DNA of 32,000 nt from Paracoccus suum (GTDB taxonomy: Bacteria > Pseudomonadota > Alphaproteobacteria > Rhodobacterales > Rhodobacteraceae). Shown in pieces: positions 1 through 9,356 of the stretch. The notes under the pieces are model-generated. The model was given only the letters and a program-made list of their open reading frames with translations, ran no database searches and was not told the DNA's origin. Positions within the stretch are counted from its first letter, which is position 1; every line of letters begins with the position of its first letter. Location of the stretch: assembly GCF_003324675.1 (NCBI RefSeq), contig NZ_CP030918.1, positions 1 to 32,000 of the forward strand, in the 5' to 3' direction. The position numbers and the translations under genes are program-made.

Positions 1-1
1 C

Positions 2-892
2 TACTTGATCGGCAACCCGGTCGACGTGCTGATCTCGCCCGACGCGACGCAGGCGATCCGCCAGCAGGTCATCGAGCAATACGGTCTCGACCTGCCGATC
101 TGGCAGCAATACCTGCATTTCCTTCAGCGGCTGCTGTCCGGCAACCTGGGCAACTCCTTCGTCTTCAACATGCCCGTAGGCACGCTGATCGCGCAAAAGC
201 TGCCGGCGACGCTGGAGCTGACACTTATCGCGGTGTTCTTCGCCTCGGCCGTCGGCATCCCGCTGGGTGTCTACGCGGGCTACAAGCCGGACTCCAAGCT
301 GTCGCGGCTGATCATGGCAGCCTCGATCCTCGGCTTTTCGGTGCCGACCTTCTGGATCGGGCTGATGCTGATCATGGTCTTTGCCGTGCAGCTTGGCATC
401 CTGCCCGCCGGCGGGCGAGGCGCCACGCGCGAGCTGTTCGGGGTGCCGTTCTCGTTCCTGACGCTCGACGGCTGGTCGCACCTGCTGTTGCCGGCACTGA
501 ACCTGTCACTCTTCAAGATGGCCATGATGTGCCGGCTGGCCGCCTCGGGCACGCGCGAGGTGATGTTGACCGACACGATCAAGTTCGCCCGCGCCGCCGG
601 CATCTCGGAGGGCACGATCCTGCGCCGGCACGTCCTCAAGCTGATCTCGATCCCCTTGGTCACGGTCTTCGGACTGGAGCTTGGCTCTACCCTTGCCTTC
701 GCGCTGGTGACCGAGACGATCTTCAGCTGGCCCGGCCTTGGCAAGCTGATCGTCGATTCGATCACCTCGCTCGACCGGCCGGTGATGGTTGCCTATCTGA
801 TGCTCGTCTCGGCCCTCTTCGTGGTCATCAATCTGTGCGTGGACCTGGCCTATGCCGCCCTTGATCCGCGCCTGCGCCACGGGAGCCGCTGA
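2..892 (+). CDS. Dpp/Opp-type peptide ABC transporter permease (DppB/OppB-like), 5' end cut by the window edge
   Basis: The frame is open from the window start to TGA 890-892. The product is a polytopic hydrophobic protein with the BPD_transp_1 EAA-type loop (FARAAGISEGTILRRHVLK) and the typical C-terminus (DLAYAALDPRLR). The TTG at position 5 in the ORF track is only the first possible start; the true start lies upstream of the window. Confidence 0.85.
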   Translation, partial: YLIGNPVDVLISPDATQAIRQQVIEQYGLDLPIWQQYLHFLQRLLSGNLGNSFVFNMPVGTLIAQKLPATLELTLIAVFFASAVGIPLGVYAGYKPDSKLSRLIMAASILGFSVPTFWIGLMLIMVFAVQLGILPAGGRGATRELFGVPFSFLTLDGWSHLLLPALNLSLFKMAMMCRLAASGTREVMLTDTIKFARAAGISEGTILRRHVLKLISIPLVTVFGLELGSTLAFALVTETIFSWPGLGKLIVDSITSLDRPVMVAYLMLVSALFVVINLCVDLAYAALDPRLRHGSR

Positions 893-893
893 G

Positions 894-1790
894 ATGTCGC
901 AAGCTGCAACCATGGGCTCGGTCTCGCCGCTGGCGCAATTCTGGCGCGAGTTTCGCCGCAACAAGGTCGCGGTTGTCGCGCTCGCGGTGGTGCTGATCAT
1001 CGTCTTCGTGGCGATCTTTGCGCCGTTCATCGTTCCGCAAGACCCGTACGACTTGAAATCGCTGGTGCTGCGCGATGCGCGCCGGCCGCCCGGCTATGTC
1101 GGGCGCGACGGCATGCTGCACCTGCTCGGCACCGACAGCCAGGGGCGCGATCTGCTGTCCGCCATCGTCTATGGCCTGCGCATCTCGCTGCAGATGGGGC
1201 TGATGGCCGGCGCAATCAGCTTTGCCATCGGCGCGGTGGTCGGCTGCACCGCCGCTTATGTCGGCGGCCGGCTCGAGGCGCTGATCATGCGCATCGTCGA
1301 TATCCAGCTGTCCTTTCCCGCGATCCTGCTGGCCTTCGTCGTCGCCGCCGTTCTGGGCCAGGGAAAAGAGCAGCTGATCCTGGCGCTGATCTTTGCCCAA
1401 TACGCCTATTTCGTGCGCACCGCCCACGGCGCCGCCGCCGCCGAACGGCAAAAGGATTATGTGCAGGCGGCACTGTCCGTCCCCATGGGCGGTTGGTTCG
1501 TCATCACCCGCCACATCCTGCCGAACGCCCTGCCCCCGCTGATTGTCGTCGCGACCGTGCAGGTCGCCTCGGCCATCTCGTTGGAGGCGACGCTCTCTTT
1601 CCTTGGCGTCGGCCTGCCCGCGACCGAGCCGTCGCTGGGCATGCTGATCGCCAACGGCTTTCAGTATCTCATGTCCGGCCGCTACTGGATTGCGATCTAT
1701 CCGGGGGTCGCGCTCATCATCCTGATCATGGCGATCAACCTTGTTGGCGATCAGATTCGCGACCAGTTGAACCCGAGGCTGCGCAAATGA
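894..1790 (+). CDS. Dpp/Opp-type peptide ABC transporter permease (DppC/OppC-like)
   Basis: ATG 894 lies 1 nt after the upstream stop. The product has an N-terminal TM helix, then the OppC_N-like segment (PQDPYD...LLGTDSQGRDLLS), an EAA-like loop and a C-terminus of GDQIRDQLNPRLRK. The 852 start in the track would overlap the upstream gene and adds a non-conserved peptide. Confidence 0.85.
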   Translation: MSQAATMGSVSPLAQFWREFRRNKVAVVALAVVLIIVFVAIFAPFIVPQDPYDLKSLVLRDARRPPGYVGRDGMLHLLGTDSQGRDLLSAIVYGLRISLQMGLMAGAISFAIGAVVGCTAAYVGGRLEALIMRIVDIQLSFPAILLAFVVAAVLGQGKEQLILALIFAQYAYFVRTAHGAAAAERQKDYVQAALSVPMGGWFVITRHILPNALPPLIVVATVQVASAISLEATLSFLGVGLPATEPSLGMLIANGFQYLMSGRYWIAIYPGVALIILIMAINLVGDQIRDQLNPRLRK

Positions 1791-3472
1791 CCCGTCTTCT
1801 CGAGGTGCGCGACCTGCGCACGTGGTTCCACACCGACCGCGGTATCGTGAAATCGGTCGACGGCATCTCGTTCTCGCTCGAGCGGGGCGAGATCATGGGG
1901 CTCGTCGGCGAATCCGGCTCGGGCAAGTCGATCACCGGCTTTTCGCTGATCGGCCTGATCGACAAGCCCGGCCGGATCGAGGGCGGCAGCTCGATCCGCT
2001 TTGACGGACGCGAGCTGGTCGGGCTGGACGAGCGCGCGCAGCGTGCCATCCGGGGCAAGGACATCTCGATGGTGTTCCAGGACCCGATGATGACGCTGAA
2101 CCCGGTCGTGCGGATCATCGACCAGATCGGGATGGCGATCCGCGCGCATGAGGCCGCATCGGATGCCGAGGTCCGCCGTCGCGCGGTCGATGCGCTGGCC
2201 CGCGTGCGCATCGTCGATCCCGAGCGTAAGGTGGACCAGTACCCGCACGAGTTTTCCGGCGGGATGCGCCAGCGGGTCGCGATCGCCATCGCCCTGCTGC
2301 ACCGCCCGCGCCTCGTGATCGCCGACGAACCGACGACCGCGCTCGACGTGTCGGTGCAGGCGGAAATCCTGAAGGTGGTCAAGGCGCTCGTCTCCGAGAT
2401 GGGGACCTCGCTCATCTGGATCAGCCATGACCTGGCGACGGTTTCCTCGATCGCGGACAAGATTACCGTCATGCGCCGCGGCAAGATCGTCGAGGCCGGC
2501 CCGGTGCGCGCGGTGCTGGACGCGCCCAGGCACGCCTACACGCAGGCTCTGCTCGACGCGCTGCCGTCGCGTTCGAAACCGGGCGAGTTGCTGGCCTCGG
2601 GTGCGACCGAGGCGGCCGGCCCCCTCGATCCCATGGCGCTGGGCGGCACGGCACTCGGCGCGCCTGCCGATCCGCAGTTCATCCGCATGGAGGGCATCGA
2701 CAAGGTCTTCGCGCGCCCTGCGGGCGTGCTGCGCCGCCTTGGGATGCGGCTGGGGCTTGCCAGCGAGCCGGCGCAGGTGCACGCGGTCAAGTCGGCCTCG
2801 CTGAGCGTCGCGCGCGGCGAAATCCTCGGGCTTGTCGGGGAATCCGGCTCGGGCAAATCGACCCTTGGGCGGATTCTCTGCGGCATCATCGCGCCGAGCG
2901 CTGGGACAGTGTCGGTCGGCGGCCAGCCGGTGATGGAAGGCGAGCGCAAGTTCAACACCCGCGTCCAGATGATCTTTCAGGACCCCTTCGCCTCGCTGGA
3001 CCCGCGCCGCACGATCTTTCAATCCGTGGCCGAGGGGCCGATCGCGCACGGGCTTTGCACCCGGGGCAACGCGCGTGCCTATGTCGATCGCTGGCTGCGC
3101 GCCGTGGCGTTCGATCCGTCGCTGTCGGGCCGCTATCCGCACCAGTTCTCGGGCGGGCAGCGCCAGCGCATCGCCATCGCCCGCGCGCTGGCCATGCAGC
3201 CCGAGGTCATCGTCTGCGACGAGCCCGTCGCATCGCTCGACGTGTCGATCCAGGCGCAGGTCATCAACCTGCTGATGGAATTGCGCCGTCAGCTGAACCT
3301 GACGCTGCTGTTCATCAGCCACGACCTGTCGGTGGTCCATCATCTGTGCGACCGCGTGGTGGTAATGCGCCACGGCGAAATCATCGAGACGGGCAGCGCG
3401 TCCGAAATCTTTAACGCGCCAAAACAACCCTATACACGGATGCTGCTGGACGCGATCCCGCGGCTGGCGTGA
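1787..3472 (+). CDS. Fused double-NBD ABC ATPase (DppD-DppF fusion, GsiA/YejF-like architecture)
   Basis: ATG 1787 overlaps the upstream TGA (ATGA at 1787-1790). There are two complete nucleotide-binding domains: Walker A GESGSGKS twice, signatures FSGGMRQR and FSGGQRQR, and Walker B LVIADEPTTALD and VIVCDEPVASLD. The part of the track ORF before 1787 (1493-1786) reads an alternative frame of the permease gene. Confidence 0.9.
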   Translation: MTRLLEVRDLRTWFHTDRGIVKSVDGISFSLERGEIMGLVGESGSGKSITGFSLIGLIDKPGRIEGGSSIRFDGRELVGLDERAQRAIRGKDISMVFQDPMMTLNPVVRIIDQIGMAIRAHEAASDAEVRRRAVDALARVRIVDPERKVDQYPHEFSGGMRQRVAIAIALLHRPRLVIADEPTTALDVSVQAEILKVVKALVSEMGTSLIWISHDLATVSSIADKITVMRRGKIVEAGPVRAVLDAPRHAYTQALLDALPSRSKPGELLASGATEAAGPLDPMALGGTALGAPADPQFIRMEGIDKVFARPAGVLRRLGMRLGLASEPAQVHAVKSASLSVARGEILGLVGESGSGKSTLGRILCGIIAPSAGTVSVGGQPVMEGERKFNTRVQMIFQDPFASLDPRRTIFQSVAEGPIAHGLCTRGNARAYVDRWLRAVAFDPSLSGRYPHQFSGGQRQRIAIARALAMQPEVIVCDEPVASLDVSIQAQVINLLMELRRQLNLTLLFISHDLSVVHHLCDRVVVMRHGEIIETGSASEIFNAPKQPYTRMLLDAIPRLA

Positions 3473-3486
3473 GGGTGGGTGAACGC

Positions 3487-4521
3487 ATGTCGAGAGCGCG
3501 CGATCTGGGGCTGATTGCCGGGATCATGTCCCCCGGCGCGGGCAATTCCATCACCGACGTGCCCGGCGTCGACGTTGGCCATGTCACCCTGCGCCGCGGC
3601 GTGGTGAACACTGGCGTGACGGCCATCATCCCACAGCCGGGCAACCTGTTCCTGCACAAGCTGACCGCGGCGGTCGAGGTCATCAACGGCTTTGGCAAAA
3701 GCGCCGGCCTCGTCCAGGTCGCCGAACTCGGCACGCTGGAGACCCCGATTCTGATGACCAACACCTTTGGCGTCGGCACCTGCGTCAACGCGCTGATCCG
3801 CCGCGCCATCGCAGAGACGCCGCAGATCGGGCGCCAGACTTCGACTGTCAATGCCGTGGTCGGCGAGTGCAACGATGGCCCGCTATCGGATATTCAGGCC
3901 CTCGCCGTGACCGAGGCCGATGCCCTTGCCGCCATTGACGCGGCTGGCCCAGTGGTGACCGAAGGCTCAGTCGGCGCCGGCACCGGGATGTCCTGCTTTG
4001 GCTTCAAGGGCGGCATCGGGACCGCCTCGCGCAAGGTGTCGATAGATGGTCGCGACTGCCACCTCGGGGTTCTTGTGCTGGCGAACTTCGGGCGCGCCGG
4101 GGACCTGATCCTGCCGGACGGCCGCCGCCCTGACCCGCGCCCGGACAGAGGCGCTGCGACGCCTGCTGAAAAGGGTTCGATCATGGTCGTGCTTGCCACC
4201 GATGTGCCGCTGGACCAGCGTCAGTTGCAACGCGTCTGCCGTCGCGCAGGGGCCGGGATTGCGCGGCTGGGCGCCTTCTGGGGGCATGGCAGCGGCGATA
4301 TCGTTCTGGGCTTCACCACGGCCAATCGCGTGCCGCATTTCGCCGACGGTGATACCTTCCCGATGGCCCGCCTGTCAGACGAGCGCATCGACGATCTGTT
4401 CCGTGCTGCCTGCGAGAGCACCGAGGAGTCGATCCTTAACGCGCTCTGCGCCGCCACCGCAGTCACCGGCCCGAATAACCTTTCGCGCCCCTTGCTGGCG
4501 GAATGGCTGGCGAGCAACTGA
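3487..4521 (+). CDS. P1 (formerly S58) family peptidase, DmpA/BapA-like Ntn-hydrolase aminopeptidase
   Basis: The N-terminus RDLGLIAGIMSPGAGNSITDVPGVDVGHVTL is typical of the DmpA family. The predicted autoprocessing Gly-Ser junction AEKG|SIMVVLATDVPL is present (Ser codon 4177-4179). An alternative start is GTG 3469, which overlaps the upstream stop as GTGA. Confidence 0.8.
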   Translation: MSRARDLGLIAGIMSPGAGNSITDVPGVDVGHVTLRRGVVNTGVTAIIPQPGNLFLHKLTAAVEVINGFGKSAGLVQVAELGTLETPILMTNTFGVGTCVNALIRRAIAETPQIGRQTSTVNAVVGECNDGPLSDIQALAVTEADALAAIDAAGPVVTEGSVGAGTGMSCFGFKGGIGTASRKVSIDGRDCHLGVLVLANFGRAGDLILPDGRRPDPRPDRGAATPAEKGSIMVVLATDVPLDQRQLQRVCRRAGAGIARLGAFWGHGSGDIVLGFTTANRVPHFADGDTFPMARLSDERIDDLFRAACESTEESILNALCAATAVTGPNNLSRPLLAEWLASN

Positions 4522-4545
4522 CGCGCGCCGGCGTTGTTGGCGGCG

Positions 4546-5241
4546 CTAGCCCAGCCAACCCTGCGCCAGCGCCGGCAGATCCTCGAACCGCTCAAGCAGC
4601 GCGTCGGGGGAAAAGCGGGTCACGCCCCCGCCCTCGGGACCAAAGGCCACCAGCGCGACGCGGACCCTGGCGGCGCGCGCGGTATCGCGGTCGGTGATGG
4701 TGTCGCCCACCAGAAAGCTTCGCGCCACCTCGCCCCCCGCGCGGGTCACGGCCTCGGTATAGGGGCGCGGGTCGGGCTTGCGTACCGGCAGCGTGTCGGC
4801 CCCGACCATCGACGCGAAGCGGTCGCGCAGGTCCAGCGCGTCGAGCAGACGCAGCGCCAGCGCCTCTGGCTTGTTGGTGCAGACGGCCAGGGCAAACCCT
4901 TCGGACGCGAGCGCATCCAGCGCCGCCTCGACCCCCGGATAGGGGCGGCTGTGGACCGCGATTGCGCGCTCGTAATGGGCCAGAAGGCGCGGGTAATCCT
5001 CGTCTTCCGCGCCCGGGGGCAGCAGCAGATCGCCGGCCATCCGGCCATACCCCGCGCGCAGCATCGCCCGCCCGCCACTGAAGGCCAGCAGCGCATCGGC
5101 GCTGGGATCCAGCGCCACCCGCAGGCCGCGTTCGGCGAAGGTGGCGTTGGCCGCGTGGACCAGATCGGCTGCGGTATCGACCAGGGTCCCATCCAGATCG
5201 AACACCACCGTGCCGCGCCGCGCCGCCCTGACCTCAACCAT
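4546..5241 (-). CDS. gph: HAD-superfamily phosphoglycolate phosphatase
   Basis: HAD motif I is VVFDLDGTLVDT. Other motifs are CTNKP, the KPDPRPY cap/motif region and VGDTITDRDTARAA (motif IV). ATG 5241 is preceded by GGAAGG at about 7 nt spacing. The track start at 5259 is a TTG without a Shine-Dalgarno (SD) sequence. Confidence 0.7.
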   Translation of the reverse strand: MVEVRAARRGTVVFDLDGTLVDTAADLVHAANATFAERGLRVALDPSADALLAFSGGRAMLRAGYGRMAGDLLLPPGAEDEDYPRLLAHYERAIAVHSRPYPGVEAALDALASEGFALAVCTNKPEALALRLLDALDLRDRFASMVGADTLPVRKPDPRPYTEAVTRAGGEVARSFLVGDTITDRDTARAARVRVALVAFGPEGGGVTRFSPDALLERFEDLPALAQGWLG

Positions 5242-5346
5242 GCCGAAACCTTCCGTCAAGATGTGTGACCGCGGCGGACTTGGCCCGCGCCCCGACCCTC
5301 GTTAGAAGCCGGGACGAGGCAGGACAACCGGGAAACGGGAACGAGC

Positions 5347-6747
5347 ATGACGGACCGGGACAGCGCGGCGCCGGCGGACCACGCGGTACGCGCGCAGCAA
5401 ACGGCGACCGACGAGGTTGCGGTCATCATACTTGCGGCCGGCCAGGGCAGCCGGATGCAGTCGGACCTGCCCAAGGTGCTGCATCGCCTCGGCGGTGTAC
5501 CGCTCATGGGGCATGCCATGGCTACCGCGCGTAGCCTCGAGCCGGTGCGCATGGTGCTGGTCGCCGGCCACGGCGCCGACGCTGTGCGCCGCGCGGCCGC
5601 CAAGCTGGACCCGGAGGCCGAGATCGCCCTGCAGCCCGAGCAGCTGGGCACCGGCCACGCGGTTGCGCAGGCGCTGCCGCTGCTGGACGGCTTTCACGGG
5701 CGGGTGCTGATCCTTTATGGCGACACCCCCTTCATCGCCCCCGAGACGCTGGCCGCCCTGACCAGCCACAGCGCTGATGTCGTGGTGCTGGGGTTCGAGG
5801 CCGCTGATCCGGGCCGCTATGGCCGGCTGGTGACAGATGGCGCCGGCGGGCTCGAGGCGATCGTCGAGTGGAAGGACGCCGATCCGGCGACCCGCGCCAT
5901 CCGCCTTTGCAACAGCGGCGTTCTGGCCTGCGAAGCCGACCTGCTGCGCGATCTGATCGCCCGCGTCGGCAACGACAATGCCGCCGGCGAGTATTACCTG
6001 ACCGACGTGCCGGGCCTTGCCCGTGCCGCCGGCCGCAGCGCCGCGGTCGTGACCTGCGACGAGGCCGAGACGCTTGGCATCAACACCCGCGCCGAACTCG
6101 CCGCGGCCGAGGCCGCGTTCCAGGCGCGTGCCCGGGCCGCGCTTATGGCGGACGGGGTCACGCTGACCGACCCGGCCAGCGTCTGGCTGGCGCTGGACAC
6201 GGTGATCGGCCGCGACGCGATCATCGGGCCGAACGTCGTCTTTGGTCCCGGCGTCACCATCGAGAGCGGGGCCGAGGTGATGCCCTTTTGCCACCTCGAA
6301 GGTTGCCACGTCAGCGCCGGCGCGACAGTCGGCCCCTTTGCCCGCCTGCGGCCGGGGGCCGAGCTTGGCCCTGACGTGCACGTTGGCAACTTTGTCGAGG
6401 TCAAGAACAGCCAGTTGGCCGAAGGCGTGAAGGTCGGCCACCTGACCTATCTGGGCGATGCCGAGATCGGCGCGGGCACCAACATCGGTGCCGGCACCAT
6501 CACCTGCAATTACGATGGCGTTGCCAAGCACCGCACAGTCATCGGCGCCCGCGCCTTCATCGGCAGCGACACGATGCTGGTCGCCCCGGTCAGCATAGGC
6601 GATGGCGCCATGACCGGCTCTGGCAGCACGATCACACAGGACGTGCCAGCGGGGGCATTGGGGTTGGGCCGCTCGCGGCAGGTCACGAAACCCGGTCTTG
6701 GCACCCGGATCATGGAGGCGCTTCGCGCCCGCAAGGAGGCCCGCTGA
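5347..6747 (+). CDS. glmU: Bifunctional UDP-GlcNAc pyrophosphorylase / GlcN-1-P N-acetyltransferase
   Basis: The nucleotidyltransferase motif LAAGQGSRM...LPKVLH is present. The C-terminal left-handed beta-helix shows hexapeptide repeats (IGAGTNIGAGTITCNYDG). Length is about 466 aa. The stop overlaps the glmS start. Confidence 0.95.
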   Translation: MTDRDSAAPADHAVRAQQTATDEVAVIILAAGQGSRMQSDLPKVLHRLGGVPLMGHAMATARSLEPVRMVLVAGHGADAVRRAAAKLDPEAEIALQPEQLGTGHAVAQALPLLDGFHGRVLILYGDTPFIAPETLAALTSHSADVVVLGFEAADPGRYGRLVTDGAGGLEAIVEWKDADPATRAIRLCNSGVLACEADLLRDLIARVGNDNAAGEYYLTDVPGLARAAGRSAAVVTCDEAETLGINTRAELAAAEAAFQARARAALMADGVTLTDPASVWLALDTVIGRDAIIGPNVVFGPGVTIESGAEVMPFCHLEGCHVSAGATVGPFARLRPGAELGPDVHVGNFVEVKNSQLAEGVKVGHLTYLGDAEIGAGTNIGAGTITCNYDGVAKHRTVIGARAFIGSDTMLVAPVSIGDGAMTGSGSTITQDVPAGALGLGRSRQVTKPGLGTRIMEALRARKEAR

Positions 6748-8564
6748 TGTGCGGCATCGTCGGAATACTCGGCCAGCACGAGGTCGCCCCGCAACTGGTC
6801 GAGGCCCTGAAGCGCCTCGAATATCGCGGCTATGACAGCGCCGGCATCGCCACCGTCGATGACACCGGCACGCTCGAGCGGCGGCGCGCGACCGGCAAGC
6901 TGATCAACCTCAGTGACCGGCTGGTGCATGAGCCGCTGACCGGCCGGGCCGGCATCGGCCACACCCGCTGGGCCACCCATGGTGCGGCGACCGAGGGCAA
7001 CGCGCACCCGCACCGCTATGGCGCCGTCTCGGTCGTGCACAACGGCATCATCGAGAATTACCGCGAGTTGCGGGCCGAACTGGCGGAGCTGGGCCTTTCT
7101 CCGCAGACCGACACTGATACGGAAACGGTCGCCCTGTTGACCGGGCATTACCTGTCGCAGGGCACGTCCCCTGCCGAGGCCGTGCGCGCCACGCTGCCGC
7201 GCCTCAAGGGGGCGTTCGCGCTGGCCTTCCTGTTCGACGGCGAGGGCGATCTGATGATCGGCGCTCGCCGCGGCTCGCCCCTCGCGGTGGGGCACGGTAC
7301 CGACGAGATGTATCTCGGCAGCGACGCTATCGCTCTGGCGCCCTTTACCGATCGCATCAGCTATCTGGAGGAGGGCGACCACGTCATCCTGAACCGCGAT
7401 GGCGCGGCGTTCTTTGACGCCGAGGGCCGCCCCGCGAACCGCGAGGTTGCCCGCATCGACGTCGGCGCCACTGCCATCGACAAGGCCGGCCACCGCCATT
7501 TCATGGCCAAGGAAATCGCCGAGCAGCCGCGCGTGCTGGAAGATGTGCTGTCCCATTACATCAAGGACGGCCGGATCGTCCTGCCCGAGGCGCTGGATTT
7601 CCGCGAGGTCGACCGTATCACGCTGGTCGGTTGCGGCACCGCCTCGCTGGCCGGGCAGGTCGCACGCTACTGGTTCGAGCAAATCGCCGGCCTGCCCTGT
7701 GAGACCGACATCGCCTCCGAGTTCCGCTATCGCGAGCCGCCCCTGTCAGACAAGTCTTGGGCGATCTTCGTCAGCCAGTCGGGCGAGACCGCCGACACCC
7801 TCGCCGCCCTGCACTACGCCGCGCCGCGTGTCGCGCGCACCATCGGCGTCGTGAACGTCGGCACCTCGGCCATCGCGCGCGAGGCGGATGTCGCGCTGCC
7901 GACCCTGGCCGGGATCGAGGTCTGCGTTGCCTCGTCCAAGGCTTTTACCTGTCAGCTTGCGGTGCTGGCGATCCTCGCGCTGAAGGCCGCCCATGACCGC
8001 GGCCGGCTGGACGATGCGGCGCTTGGCCGGCACCTCGACGATCTGCGCGCCATGCCGGCGCTGATGTCGCAGGCGCTGGCCCTCAGCGACGATTGCGCCG
8101 CGCTGGCCGGATGGCTGTCCGAGGCGAGCGACGTGATCTACCTCGGCCGCGGCGCGCTGTTTCCCGTGGCCCTCGAAGGCGCGCTGAAGCTGAAGGAGCT
8201 GAGCTACATCCACGCCGAAGGTTACGCGTCGGGCGAGCTGAAGCACGGGCCGATCGCGCTGATCGATCGCAACGTGCCGATCGTCGTTCTGGCCCCGCGC
8301 GATGCCCTATTCGACAAGACAGTCAGCAACATGCAGGAGGTGATGGCCCGTCATGGCCAGGTGCTGCTGATCTCGGACGCCGAGGGGATCGCCTCGGCCG
8401 GCAGCGGCACCCATGCGAGCCTCGCCATGCCGTCGGAGGGCGGCGTGTTCCAGGCGATGCTGTATGCCGTGCCGATGCAGTATCTCGCCTACCACACGGC
8501 CGTCGCCAAGGGCACCGACGTGGACCAGCCGCGCAACCTCGCAAAGTCCGTCACGGTCGAGTAA
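6747..8564 (+). CDS. glmS: Glutamine--fructose-6-phosphate aminotransferase (isomerising)
   Basis: The N-terminal Ntn nucleophile MCGIVG is present, with two SIS domains (SQSGETADTL) and the canonical C-terminus KSVTVE. Length is 605 aa. Confidence 0.97.
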   Translation: MCGIVGILGQHEVAPQLVEALKRLEYRGYDSAGIATVDDTGTLERRRATGKLINLSDRLVHEPLTGRAGIGHTRWATHGAATEGNAHPHRYGAVSVVHNGIIENYRELRAELAELGLSPQTDTDTETVALLTGHYLSQGTSPAEAVRATLPRLKGAFALAFLFDGEGDLMIGARRGSPLAVGHGTDEMYLGSDAIALAPFTDRISYLEEGDHVILNRDGAAFFDAEGRPANREVARIDVGATAIDKAGHRHFMAKEIAEQPRVLEDVLSHYIKDGRIVLPEALDFREVDRITLVGCGTASLAGQVARYWFEQIAGLPCETDIASEFRYREPPLSDKSWAIFVSQSGETADTLAALHYAAPRVARTIGVVNVGTSAIAREADVALPTLAGIEVCVASSKAFTCQLAVLAILALKAAHDRGRLDDAALGRHLDDLRAMPALMSQALALSDDCAALAGWLSEASDVIYLGRGALFPVALEGALKLKELSYIHAEGYASGELKHGPIALIDRNVPIVVLAPRDALFDKTVSNMQEVMARHGQVLLISDAEGIASAGSGTHASLAMPSEGGVFQAMLYAVPMQYLAYHTAVAKGTDVDQPRNLAKSVTVE

Positions 8565-9112
8565 TGGCGAAGTTCTTTCCCGCCATCGACGACGCCCATC
8601 GCGCCTTCATCGAGGCGCAGCCGATGTATTTCGTGGCAACGGCGGCGCCGGACGGGCGGGTGAACCTGTCGCCCAAAGGCTATGACAGCCTGCGCATCCT
8701 GGGTCCGAACCGGGTCGCCTGGTCGAACCTGACCGGGTCGGGGAACGAGACGGCGGCCCACTTGGCTGTGCAGGACCGCATCACCGTCATGTTCATGTCA
8801 ACCGCCACGCGGCCGATGATCATGCGCCTGTTCGGACGCGCCCGCGCCCTGCACCGTGCCGATTCTGACTGGGCCGATTTGCGTGATTTGCTGCCGCGCC
8901 TGCCCGGCGCGCGACAGATCATCGACATGCAGGTCGAGACGGTCCAGACCTCGTGCGGCTATGGCGTTCCGCTGATGCGCATGACTGGTGAGCGGGACAC
9001 CCTGCTGCACTGGGCCGAGGACAAGGGCGAGGACGGCGTGCGCACCTACTGGCGCGACCGCAACGCCACCTCGATCGACGGGCTGCCGACCGGGATCAAC
9101 AAGGCGCTGTAG
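8564..9112 (+). CDS. Pyridoxamine 5'-phosphate oxidase (PNPOx)-fold family protein, function unknown
   Basis: ATG 8564 overlaps the glmS TAA (TAATG). The product (about 182 aa) begins MAKFFPAIDDAHRAFIEAQPMYFVATAAPDGRVNLSPKG, typical of the split-barrel FMN-binding PNPOx-like family. The upstream part of the track ORF (8093-8563) is an out-of-frame reading of glmS. Confidence 0.7.
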   Translation: MAKFFPAIDDAHRAFIEAQPMYFVATAAPDGRVNLSPKGYDSLRILGPNRVAWSNLTGSGNETAAHLAVQDRITVMFMSTATRPMIMRLFGRARALHRADSDWADLRDLLPRLPGARQIIDMQVETVQTSCGYGVPLMRMTGERDTLLHWAEDKGEDGVRTYWRDRNATSIDGLPTGINKAL

Positions 9113-9356
9113 GCAATCTCGCGGCGTTGATTTGCCCGCGAGCATTGTCTGCTTCATGTTTGCGGCAAAGCGACAGCAATTGCCTGGGCTGCGCGCATAA
9201 TCTGTTCAGGATCGATGGCTTACCGGCGGACCTGTGCCGATCCGCAACGCGCCCAACCCTCTCACATGGTTGTCAGTTTCGCTTGATTGCGGGGCATGAC
9301 ATGATGCCTTCACAACCAACCGGGCTGCAGGGCCCCCAGAAAACAGGCAGAACGCT

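Noticed and set aside
1493-1786. N-terminal extensions proposed by the ORF track (also 852-893, 8093-8563, 10289-10342, 12580-12657, 13625-13675, 19562-19789, 21695-21784, 26900-27061 and 19672-19860 on the minus strand)
   Set aside because: The extensions overlap upstream genes or lack an SD. They add non-conserved Arg/Pro-rich sequence ahead of obvious native N-termini such as signal peptides or conserved first motifs. Internal ATGs with SDs or stop/start overlaps fit better.
5302-6531. A 409-aa minus-strand ORF antisense to glmU, and similar ORFs at 6510-7682 and 7746-8246 antisense to glmS
   Set aside because: All are antisense to strongly supported housekeeping genes and have no motifs. 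They are artefacts of stop-codon depletion in GC-rich DNA.
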